From Botryllus schlosseri (taxonomy: Eukaryota), in assembly GCA_051294905.1 (NCBI GenBank), contig CM119384.1, positions 11,222,001 through 11,286,000 of the forward strand: a DNA stretch of 64,000 nt. The letters are read 5' to 3'. Within the stretch, counting starts at the first letter, position 1; each line of letters starts with the position of its first letter. The notes under the pieces were generated by a model that saw only the letters and a program-made list of their open reading frames with translations, was not told where the DNA came from and did no database searches. A program made the position numbers and the translations under genes. Of the stretch, positions 24,601-33,004 are shown piece after piece.

Positions 24601-27518
24601 GGAATCTCTGCGTCGAGGAATATGTTTGACGTATTGAAGCAAATACCGCTCGTATCTGGCACACCGTCTTCGACAAGGCGACGCAAATTATCGCAAATCG
24701 GTTAGTTACCCATCATCATTACAGCCAAGAGGCAGTGTAACTTCGTGATCAGTGTATACAACTTAATTAAATTACAAGCTTAAGTCTCTATTCATCCTTT
24801 GATTACATCCTTTCCTCTAATTTCTACGCACGTATCGTATCAGATTCATCCGATGACGGACCTCCTCCAAAAGTAATGTCCAGCTCTAGCGGACAAGAGC
24901 AGGAGAATATCTCGCGCAGAGGCATCAGCGTCGTCTCCTCCTCAAATATGTCGCGAAAGTCGAGCGTACAGGCAGGTGTTGATGCTAAACACCAACTGCC
25001 AGTAGCGGAGTTGAAAGAATACTTCGAAAAAGACAGATCGGCGCAACGAAAATCGGTACGCAAACTTACAGCAGGCCGAATTTCGCGGCATAATACTCTT
25101 CTACCTTAGCTAAGGCGACGTGTTAGTGTTGGTCTACCGAACCGCAGAGACAGCATTTCAAGGACGCCATCTAACGTGGACAAGAACGTGTCGCAAATCT
25201 CTCAACAGAAAAACGACAGAACGAAAAGCCTTCCCGCAGGAAAGCTGGTAAAGGTAAGCACCGGTAAATAAATTAACAGACTTCTCATTTGATATTGAAC
25301 TCTATCTGTCTCATAGATGAGCGCCGTATCACTTCAACAGAGTAATTCTGCGCCGCTTGGCAATGGAAATCAAAACCTTGTGCGGCAGTCGTTGAAATCC
25401 GACAATGGGGGATCGATGGTGATCGTCGGTGCAGAACGTAATAGAAAACAATCTATGAATACGTCAACCGACAGCGTCGTTGATGACGACAACGACGAGG
25501 ATGATAGCAGCTACGCATCTGCAACTCCTACAAATGGGGACAAAGAGCGTAAAAAGAGTTCAATCGTAAGAAATGAATTACCCGGACGCAGAAGATCAAA
25601 TCGCTCCCCTTCAGTGGACGAAAATGCCGCTAATGACCACGAGAAAACGAGGCGGAGCAGTTCAGTTAAATATCATGAAGAACCCTATCAGATCCAGGCC
25701 AATCGAGCTGATTCACTAGCGAGAAACGAAATACCGGGTCACATACAATCAAGATATGCCTCCTCGACTGGCAGAAACGAAAATCCCGACGGATTTCAAT
25801 TGAATTGCCTCATCACAGAAAACCAAATAACGACAGTCCAACTGAACAAAGTAAAGCAATCGGACCCACCTATCGTACTGCAAGATCACAGCAAACCGAG
25901 CCACTGTCGTGCAATCGCCGGAAACCAAATATGCAACCAGATTAATCCCAGGCGAAATAGCTCCATACCATGGTGCGAAGTACCAGACACCGTAACGAAA
26001 AGGCGTGATACCACAAGTGGACAGAATTATGTACCAATCGACGCCCAATATAGACGTAAGAGTTCAATCGCGAGGAATAAACCGTCCGATCATGCAGACC
26101 CGGCCAACGGAGGTTCACCAGACGAAATTGAAGAATTGGAACATTCAGGATCAAGGCGCAAGAGTTCGCTTCGACGGAGTGAACAAGTGAAACAAAGAAC
26201 CAAAAGCTCTATCGGTAGAAACGAGATACCAGATCATATTTTGTCAAAGCGAAAAAGTTCAGCTGGAAAAGGCGGGTCGCATTCGGAAACAAGGCGCAGC
26301 AGTTCGATTCGAAGGGGTGAACTAACAGATCACGCGAAACACAGAATCGATAGTTCGACTGGTGGAGATGATGAAACGGAGCACGTTTCGCCCAGGCGCA
26401 AAAGTTCAGCCGGAAGAAACGGTATACCCGATCATGTAAAATCACGACATCGCAGTTCGATGAATAACGGTGTATACTTCCCTGAGAAACACAGACGCAG
26501 TGGTTCAGTTGGCAGAGACGAAACGAGCCTTAATGCGCAAAGAACGCATTCCTCCATATCAAATAATTCAGCAGAAAGTAAGGAATCATTGTCGGAACCT
26601 GAAGAGATAAATCGCGCTGCATCGAGGCATAACTCCAGCGCGCGTGCTCGAGACAGCGAGATCACGACAGAAATCTCACAATCAACACTCGGCAACGCTG
26701 CTGCGACCGACTCCGATCAAACGGGTACGTCTGCTGGCCCCGAATCTACTGACTCGAGTATGAGTGAAGTAACGGAATGCGGCAAAACGAGACATCACCC
26801 GCACGTGAGTACCGGTAAAAGCTCGGCTACGTCACAATCGTCAGAATACACACAAGGCGGCGCTCCTTATCACAATAAGAGAACAAAAGGGAAAAAGGGC
26901 ACAAATAGACGCTTCATCGCGGCGAGCCAAATCGAGTCGTCTGCGGAATCCTCACTCTCCGATAATCCGACCCAACAGCCGCACTCAACCCGGAATAAAC
27001 GAAGAGCTAAGTCAGTTTCTTACAGTCGTGACATTACCGCCGGTCGATCCGTCGTAAGCAAGCCGTCAGGGAAGTCAGACACAGACACCACAAACAGCAG
27101 CAGTAACATTGTAGCGAAAGTATACGATATGGACGACATAGCCAGTCGATCGAGTAGAAAGTTGTCGGTTGTTCCGTCCGATTCTAAAAGAAAACGAAAG
27201 CACAGCCAACGCCTTCATGGCGGCCCCGAAACGGTGATCTGCAGTCAAACAAGCACTGACGAGTCCAGTGATTGCTTGGAATCCACGGAAACGGGGAAGA
27301 CGCAGAAAAGAGAGCGAAGTCGGAGGAGGTGTAAAAGGCGACGGTCGAAATGTGGAAATTCTTCATTTACGGACGCTTTGTGCAGTTTCTTTACTCTTCA
27401 CGACGATATTCGAATCGACGGTTTCGAGACTGTCATACGAATCGGAGCTTTGTTTATTATTGTAATGTATGCCATGCATGAGGAAATATTTAATTACGAC
27501 GGAAATTTTCCGACGTGA
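9637..27518 (+). CDS. Uncharacterised giant Ser/Arg/Lys-rich low-complexity protein (~3,760 aa, 14 predicted exons) with a C-terminal hydrophobic segment
   Basis: Phase-consistent GT-AG chain: 9637-10505, 10608-10651 (or -10639), 13560-13604, 13780-13854, 14168-14422, 14470-14657, 15548-15720, 16787-21456, 21890-21980, 22251-24349, 24488-24700, 24844-25055, 25110-25253, 25317-27518 (11,280 nt). In-frame stop just upstream of ATG 9637; AATAAA 10 nt after the stop. Exons from 14168 onward are well supported; the three small exons at 10.6-13.9 kb are less certain. Confidence 0.8.
10697..11640 (+). mobile_element. Non-autonomous hAT-type element, family B, containing a nested insertion
   Basis: TIR CAGGGTTGTA/TACAACCCTG; flanks TAAATTCA/TAAATTCG (7/8 TSD); dense subterminal GACTC/GAGTC arrays at both ends. 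Confidence 0.85.
10915..11286 (+). mobile_element. hAT-type MITE, family C, copy 1 (nested in family B)
   Basis: TIR TAGGGTTACCATA/TATGGTAATCCTA; perfect TSD AGTAAAGT; nearly identical to 35081-35547. Confidence 0.93.
12064..13335 (+). mobile_element. Non-autonomous hAT-type element, family E (1.27 kb, internal duplications)
   Basis: Perfect TSD GGCCTACT (12056-63, 13336-43). Right end GTTACGGCCCTG; left end a degenerate CAGCACCGCAAC; intact CAGGGCCGTAAC seen in the related copy at 41819. Internal ~190-bp diverged direct repeat (~12640-12830 vs ~12960-13150). Confidence 0.82.
15732..16522 (+). repeat. Diverged intronic direct repeat (~150 bp; copies at 15732-15885 and 16359-16522)
   Basis: Shared CATGTCAACCTA.TTGTTTCATT...CGTTTATG.TTCACAATG and GAT.AGTTCACCGACAGT.CAA blocks 627 bp apart. 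Confidence 0.75.
16787..21456 (+). CDS. 4,670-nt internal exon of the giant uncharacterised gene
   Basis: Lies within ORF 16809..21560; acceptor ttttatttcag| at 16786, donor |gtgagt at 21457; phases match both neighbours. Confidence 0.88.
22251..24349 (+). CDS. 2,099-nt internal exon of the giant uncharacterised gene
   Basis: ORF 22258..24354; acceptor atattttcag| at 22250. The donor gttgag at 24350 is weak but gives the phase needed by exon 24488. Confidence 0.82.
25317..27518 (+). CDS. Terminal exon of the giant gene: RRxS repeat array, hydrophobic tail and stop codon
   Basis: ORF of 733 aa preceded by acceptor tctgtctcatag| and followed by AATAAA at 27528-27533. Confidence 0.87.
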   Translation: MSAVSLQQSNSAPLGNGNQNLVRQSLKSDNGGSMVIVGAERNRKQSMNTSTDSVVDDDNDEDDSSYASATPTNGDKERKKSSIVRNELPGRRRSNRSPSVDENAANDHEKTRRSSSVKYHEEPYQIQANRADSLARNEIPGHIQSRYASSTGRNENPDGFQLNCLITENQITTVQLNKVKQSDPPIVLQDHSKPSHCRAIAGNQICNQINPRRNSSIPWCEVPDTVTKRRDTTSGQNYVPIDAQYRRKSSIARNKPSDHADPANGGSPDEIEELEHSGSRRKSSLRRSEQVKQRTKSSIGRNEIPDHILSKRKSSAGKGGSHSETRRSSSIRRGELTDHAKHRIDSSTGGDDETEHVSPRRKSSAGRNGIPDHVKSRHRSSMNNGVYFPEKHRRSGSVGRDETSLNAQRTHSSISNNSAESKESLSEPEEINRAASRHNSSARARDSEITTEISQSTLGNAAATDSDQTGTSAGPESTDSSMSEVTECGKTRHHPHVSTGKSSATSQSSEYTQGGAPYHNKRTKGKKGTNRRFIAASQIESSAESSLSDNPTQQPHSTRNKRRAKSVSYSRDITAGRSVVSKPSGKSDTDTTNSSSNIVAKVYDMDDIASRSSRKLSVVPSDSKRKRKHSQRLHGGPETVICSQTSTDESSDCLESTETGKTQKRERSRRRCKRRRSKCGNSSFTDALCSFFTLHDDIRIDGFETVIRIGALFIIVMYAMHEEIFNYDGNFPT

Positions 27519-27527
27519 CAAAATGTG

Positions 27528-27533
27528 AATAAA
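27528..27533 (+). promoter_or_regulatory. Polyadenylation signal of the giant gene
   Basis: AATAAA 10 nt downstream of TGA (27516-27518). Confidence 0.6.
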
Positions 27534-27588
27534 CACTACTTATGCGACTTTCGAAGGAATTGCACTAGGCCTGGAGTGGTATATAGCT

Positions 27589-27905
27589 TAGGGTTGTCAT
27601 TCGTCCGAAATTTCCGGGATTTCACTGTTTATACTAAAATGTCCGGAATTTCGATGGCGTGAAGTAGTCTGAAAATTTTTTCGTACATCAACATGTCCGG
27701 AATTTCACTGATTAAACTGCGTCCGAAAGGAAATTCCAAAATATACTTGAATGTCCGGAATTTTGAAGACGTGAAGTAGGCTGAAACTTTTTTGGTACAT
27801 CAACATGTCCGGAATTTTACTGATTAAACTGCGTTCGAAAGGAAATTCCAAAATATACTTGAATGTCCGGAATTTTGAAGACGTGAAGTAGACTGAAAAA
27901 TTGTT
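27589..27905 (+). mobile_element. Left end of a TAGGGTTG(T/C)CAT-type (hAT-like) element with a 112-bp tandem repeat
   Basis: Starts TAGGGTTGTCATTCGTCCG; ATGTCCGGAATT-containing unit with 112-bp period (27641, 27753, 27865). A matching right end (GGACGTATGGCAACCCTA) ends at 37308 in another copy. Confidence 0.7.
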
Positions 27906-28069
27906 CGTAAGTCAACATAAACAGAATTTTAAACAGATTTATGCTACTTGAAATTTATTACTTCGCGCTGCGCTCGATTTAGTGTTCCATATATTAATAA
28001 AAATATGGAACCATACCACCCTCTCAAAAATACAATCAAAAATGAATAAAAACAGTATCATTTACTGAA

Positions 28070-28433
28070 ATAAGTGTGCTAAGCGACACCGTCACGACAC
28101 CAATGGTTGGTGGTTCGAGTCTCGGCTCTGCCATGTTTCTATGTGTCGGAGGTTTATCTGGGCTCCTCATCGCTTATCCCGCTGTTAACGCAGCGCCTTG
28201 AAAAAGCCCAGAGGAAGAGTGAGCCGAGCTCCGAAGTCGGCAGCAGAGACCAGCAAGAGGACGCATGAAAGCGAGAGCGAATGGAAGAGTGGATGTGCGC
28301 GAGCATGAAAGTCGTCCTGAGAATACAAAAAGCAAAGAAAATGAACTTTACGAATGCATTGTCGTGGCGCACAAGGCCTAAACAGGCGATAAGCGCCACT
28401 GTCGTTGTTGTGTGATTACAATAATAATAATAA
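28070..28433 (+). mobile_element. tRNA-derived SINE with (AAT)n tail
   Basis: B-box GGTTCGAGTC (28112-21); central CGGAGGTTTATCTGGGCTCCTC...AAAAAGCCCAGA shared with the SINE at 45234; (AAT)n at 28420-33. The 5' boundary is approximate. Confidence 0.7.
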
Positions 28434-29259
28434 ATACTGAAATAAGTCTAATTGTAATTGGAATTATAAGATAACGGTGTGGTCCTAGAGTCGGTAAAGT
28501 CCGTTTGGATGCTTTATTCCATTGCTTTTCAACCTTATAGAGCTCTATATTCGCACATTATGGAAAATAAATTTCATTCGCACTAACTAACCGAAAATTG
28601 TTGTACAAAAAAAGATCAAGATACTTCACAATATTTTGTTCAGATGTGCAACAAATTGTCTACTATAGCTTTAAGCCATCAAGTGTCTTATTAAAAAGGC
28701 GACTCTAGGCGACTCTTTTTCATCGTTATGGTTTCAGCTATTTCACTAAAACCGATCTCGGCCAAACGAGTCGTTGGGTTTTGTACAAGAACGTCTACTA
28801 TGGTGCTTGCATGGTCCGGTCTTAAAAACTGCTCTGCACTCATATCCAAAATACAGGGTATCTTCGCGAGAGAAAAATCCTTGCTGGCAGAAATCGTTTT
28901 TGAGAGATGACTTTAAGATCCCGTAAGTTTCAGTTTGTCGAAAGGGTGAAAAATCCACATGTTTGTGTTGAGGGTTTTACCGGATGTCTCGGAAAATAAG
29001 GTCCAAAACGAGAAAGGAGAGTATGCGCATTGGAGCTCGCTACCTTAAACGATACGATGCTCCAACTTGTAATCTTTTTTTTTCGATTTCCCAATTTCTG
29101 TCTCGCAAGTAAATGAGAAGAGCAAAGAAAGTCACAATATCGGCTGTTCGGCTCTGTAGCTAAATCTAACTTGAAAGATCATATTCATAACAGTTCAATA
29201 ACCTTATAGCAGCTTTGTAGACTATATTCAAAATCTGAGTTTTTGTGGCACCTCGCGAC

Positions 29260-29626
29260 TAGGGCTGGGCACAATGATTCGAGTACTCGAATCTGAATCG
29301 AGTATTAATTTTAATGATTCGAGTCGATTAGAAAAAGACGATTTTTTCGAGTACTGATATTATACGCTCATCGCAACTGAAAGTTAATTTACCAACGAGA
29401 ATTATACTTTTGATACTATTTTCCACTGAGAAAGCCTTGAAATTTTGACTGGCCGTGTCACAGCAAACGAGACACATTATAAAGCTGTTGTGGCATAAAG
29501 GGTACATATTTGAATTTTAACATAGTACATTCTGTTGTGACGTCATAATTAGTGATACTCGAGTCGAAGTGGAATGCGTGATTCAGAATCGAATCACTCA
29601 GGTATACTCGAATTTGCCCAGTCCTA
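29260..29626 (-). mobile_element. hAT-type MITE, family A, internally deleted copy in reverse orientation
   Basis: TAGGGCTGGGCA...TTTGCCCAGTCCTA; perfect TSD CTCGCGAC on both sides. Confidence 0.92.
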
Positions 29627-29738
29627 CTCGCGACTCGACCCTCACCCACGAAAAAGAATTCATTTTTAATATTACAGTAGTATGCTACGATTTTATATGC
29701 ATGTGTGACATATAGAACGCGCACACCACAATTCTACA

Positions 29739-29844
29739 CAGGATTGCATTTAAAACAAATGTTTGTTTAAAACACTTTGTTCTAAACATTTAACCAAATG
29801 CATTTTGAAAAAATTGTTTTTTAAAGTTGTATAAATTTTAATAA
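29739..29844 (+). mobile_element. Left end of a family D element (host of the Penelope-like insertion); internal homology resumes at ~32620-32900
   Basis: CAGGATTGCATTTAAAACAAA matches the TIR of 49198-49627. ATTACCACCCGAT.TAGCCGAC and TTTCGTCAAAGGAGCTATATTTACC blocks at 32.6-32.9 kb match 49335-49480. Confidence 0.72.
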
Positions 29845-29870
29845 TATATTCATATTAGAAATATATTAAA

Positions 29871-29905
29871 ACCCGAAGCTTTTCGAGCCAACACTCTTCA
29901 GGGGT
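29871..29905 (-). ncRNA. Minimal type I hammerhead ribozyme in the PLE 3' pseudo-LTR
   Basis: Minus strand ACCC-CTGAAGA-G(TGTTGGCT)C-GAAA-AGCT-TC/GGGT: intact CUGANGA and GAAA core, 1-bp stem II, palindromic AAGCTT stem III, UUC cleavage triplet, 4-bp stem I (ACCC:GGGT). Confidence 0.85.
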
Positions 29906-30018
29906 AATCGTCGGCATAAAGAGAATTTCAAAAACTTGCACATAACTACATTGCATGCAGCCAATTGTGACGTCATAGAAACAAAACAACATCAAGTGCA
30001 GACAAACCGCGAGCGCAG

Positions 30019-30891
30019 CTAGTGGCCAATTTTTAGCTGAAGCAAACGTTCCTTCTGCTGGCATAAGCGTGGTTGATGGATCTTAATGAATGTCGATTCC
30101 AGCGCGGACAAGTGGAAAAGTGTGCGGCCTCTACCCAAAATTGAGAATCTGTCGTCACTATAGTTATTGGCGCAAGTAGCATGCTCAGCTAAATGCCTGC
30201 CAATGGCAGAGTTCATTGCCACGGCCTGATTGTGTTCCAACACCCTTAAGTCAGTTTCAGTTTCAGCGGCCTGTCCCTGGGAATTTAATGTACGTAGTCT
30301 AATAATACGCGGTACATGTTGTTTAATACGTTCCTGCAAGCGCTGAGTTGTTCTTCCTACGTACCGACAATCACAGTGGCACTTAAATTCGTAAACTGTA
30401 TTGCTTTGTTGAGAAGCGGGAAGAACATCTTTGCGCGTTGCAGGAAGTAGTTGTTTGGTGGTGAATACAACATTCGTTTTGACGTTGTCGTAACAACGAT
30501 CTACGGCGGAGATCAACTGTTTCTCAAAACGAGAAGAGATGGGACCCAACCACGGTAAATGTGTGTATACATTATTCTCAGGGCGTTCGTTTGTGTTTTG
30601 GGAATTGCTGGCATCGAAATTGTTGAGTTTTCTGTCCATAGAGCGCTTGATGATATGTTCCGTGTAACCGTTATCAATTAAAATTTTCCGGATATATTCG
30701 AGTTCCGAGTTTAATTTTACATCCGAACAGATCATCAATGCTCTATGTACCAATGTTCCAATTAAATTCAGTTTACGGCGGTTTGGGCTGAACGAATTCC
30801 AACGCAGATATTGTCCAATAAATGTTGGTTTCCGGTACACCGAAGTAACGATGTTAATACCCCGTTTCTCTACAAGAACGTCCAAGAACGG
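30019..30891 (-). CDS. PLE RT-thumb/GIY-YIG ORF fragment (~290 codons, no native start)
   Basis: ORF track 30019..30885; homology starts at PFLDV, i.e. mid-RT. Confidence 0.85.
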   Translation of the reverse strand, partial: PFLDVLVEKRGINIVTSVYRKPTFIGQYLRWNSFSPNRRKLNLIGTLVHRALMICSDVKLNSELEYIRKILIDNGYTEHIIKRSMDRKLNNFDASNSQNTNERPENNVYTHLPWLGPISSRFEKQLISAVDRCYDNVKTNVVFTTKQLLPATRKDVLPASQQSNTVYEFKCHCDCRYVGRTTQRLQERIKQHVPRIIRLRTLNSQGQAAETETDLRVLEHNQAVAMNSAIGRHLAEHATCANNYSDDRFSILGRGRTLFHLSALESTFIKIHQPRLCQQKERLLQLKIGH

Positions 30892-30965
30892 TACGACGAT
30901 TACCCAGACTTGGATAAATAGATAATTCTAGTCTAATTTCACCAAATTAGAGCGAAATGCCAGTA

Positions 30966-31098
30966 ATCTAATTTTAATCTAATTTGTGAAATGTTCCTAT
31001 GCGCTAATTCTAATTCTAATCTAATTTGTGAAATGTTCATATGCTCTAATTTTAATTCTAATCTAATTTGTGAAATGTTCATATGCTCTAATTTTAAT
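30966..31098 (+). repeat. 42-bp tandem repeat, ~3 copies
   Basis: Unit ~AATTTGTGAAATGTTCATATGCTCTAATTTTAATTCTAATCT; shows up as a 14-aa periodicity in the spurious ORF at 30991. Confidence 0.85.
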
Positions 31099-31372
31099 TA
31101 TGATCCAATTTACGGTTTTCCTGAAAATGCCTCTTTGTGCGAGACATTTTGCAGCGAGTTAACAAAAATATCCCTCTCGCACACGGAAATCCAGTGCCTA
31201 GCCGCCATCGCCTCACTTACATTACACCGTATAGTCATAGTAGTTATTGTGACGAATATAATAGCCTACTAGCACATAGTAGCTTTTATTCTGCGAACAA
31301 CATTTTAGTTTTAAAACTCTACGTTAGTACAGCGCCGTGCTGACTAGCATGAGCGATGCTCATGGTTACGAG

Positions 31373-31889
31373 TAGGGCTGGGCAAAATCGAGTACCTGAG
31401 TGATTCGATTCTGAATCACGTAAAATGCTTCGAGTCGAGTCGAGTAATCGAGTATCACTCATTATGACGTCATAACATAATGTACTATGTCACAGTTCAA
31501 ATACGTACTTTTGATGCGACCATGAAGAATATAATGCATATTATCCATCACATTAAAGATACTTATGTATTTTTTCGACCATACCGATTTCATTGCACTT
31601 TGTGACAATGTTGTGGGATGATGATGTCTTCGGAAATGTGCTATTTCCTGTAACTTTCGCAGCTTTGTACTACATGTTTCGTATGCCACAATACGGCCAA
31701 TAAAGGTTTCAAGGCCTCGACGGTGAAAATTAGTATCGAAACTATAATTCTCGTTGATAAATTAACTTTCGGTGGCAAGGAGCGTGAAGTTTCAGTACTC
31801 GAAAAAATCGTCTTCTACTACTCGACTCAAATCATTAAAATTAATACTCGATTCAGATTCGAGTACTCGAATCATTGTGCCCAGCCCTA
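31373..31889 (+). mobile_element. hAT-type MITE, family A, copy 2
   Basis: TIR TAGGGCTGGGCA/TGCCCAGCCCTA; perfect TSD GTTACGAG; colinear with 222-736. Confidence 0.94.
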
Positions 31890-32928
31890 GTTACGAGTTA
31901 ACGACAAAAGAATTAATATTTTATTTAAAGTAGTACAAATACAAAAAGAAATCTGATAAACGTCATTTTATTTTGAACTATGAGCTGCGCACGATACCCG
32001 ACAGCGCTTTCCTCCGACTAATGAATCGATATTGGGGCATCCAGACATGTTACTAGCTGAAAGACTATCTCATCCTAAAGATTGATCTTTTGGTGACGTC
32101 CTATATGCCGTTTTCTAAGCGTCTCGGTCTCGGCATTGTATGGGCCATTGCACGTCAAGGCAATACGCTTATTGATATCAACTGACTCTCCATCGATGGG
32201 GAATGATGTTGCCATCGCCGAAACCGTTTCAGCTAGTGTGGAATAGTGTTGTTGGGCACAGGCGAATAGCATATTTTGAAACAACAACAATAATTTGAAA
32301 CTGAAATCAATCTTAGCATTTCACAATGCGTAATTTCGCGTTCTTCCAAAATCTTAAATCAGATCGCCGGTCACGATTGCGTTGACCCCTTGTATAGTGC
32401 AAATGAGACAAGCTTGGTGTACAGGAGTTAACCATTCTCATGTTTATGGGAATGCATTGTGATTTGATATGGACTGGTGTTTGCTGTATTTATTTCCCAT
32501 TCACAATTTCATTCAATGTCCAAGTTTTTGCGAATTCAGTAATTCTAATTCTAATCCAATTTGAAAAAAACAACAACGGTGTAGCTCAAATTCTAATTCT
32601 AATCTAATTCGGAAAAGCTGAAAAATTTCTAGTCGTCCAAGTCTGCGATTACCACCCGATATAGCCGACCTATGCGATATGGGATGGTGGGAACCCTCGA
32701 AATAGTCGGCTCCACAGCTATATACGTAGATATCGATCAATGCTACGGAATGAATGTTCTGATGATGATTATGAGCGCCGACCGTAAAAATGCTGCGAGA
32801 TGATGTAGTCCTGGTTAAAGATATTTTTGGTCCGTATGTGACAGTGGTTAGAAGCCTATTTCGTCAAAGGAGCTATATTTACCCTATATTTTCAATTGTG
32901 AAGATTAACCAATATGACATCACAATTA

Positions 32929-32999
32929 GAGTTTTTCGATGATAATCCTCGGATTATCTTTTATCGGTGGATAATCCGAGAATTATCAACGAAAAACTC
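32929..32999. repeat. 71-nt near-perfect inverted repeat (30-bp stem, 2 mismatches, 11-nt loop)
   Basis: GAGTTTTTCGATGATAATCCTCGGATTATC pairs with GATAATCCGAGAATTATCAACGAAAAACTC. Confidence 0.85.
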
Positions 33000-33004
33000 A
33001 CATA

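Larger units (their letters stand above)
29845..30905 (-). mobile_element. Penelope-like retroelement (PLE), 5'-truncated: RT C-terminus, GIY-YIG endonuclease and 3' pseudo-LTR
   Basis: Uninterrupted ORF PFLDVLVEK..VYRKPT..QYLRWNSFSP..RK..LIGTLVHRA..ICS..ELEYIRKILIDNGY (PLE RT thumb), then VYEFKCHCDCRYVGRTTQRLQERIKQH..SAIGRHL..LE..FI..QPRLCQQKE (GIY-YIG with CCHH). Hammerhead located 3' of the stop. Confidence 0.92.

Noticed and set aside
27589-31098. 112-bp and 42-bp repeats as CRISPR arrays
   Set aside because: Head-to-tail tandem units without unique spacers, no cas genes, eukaryotic context.
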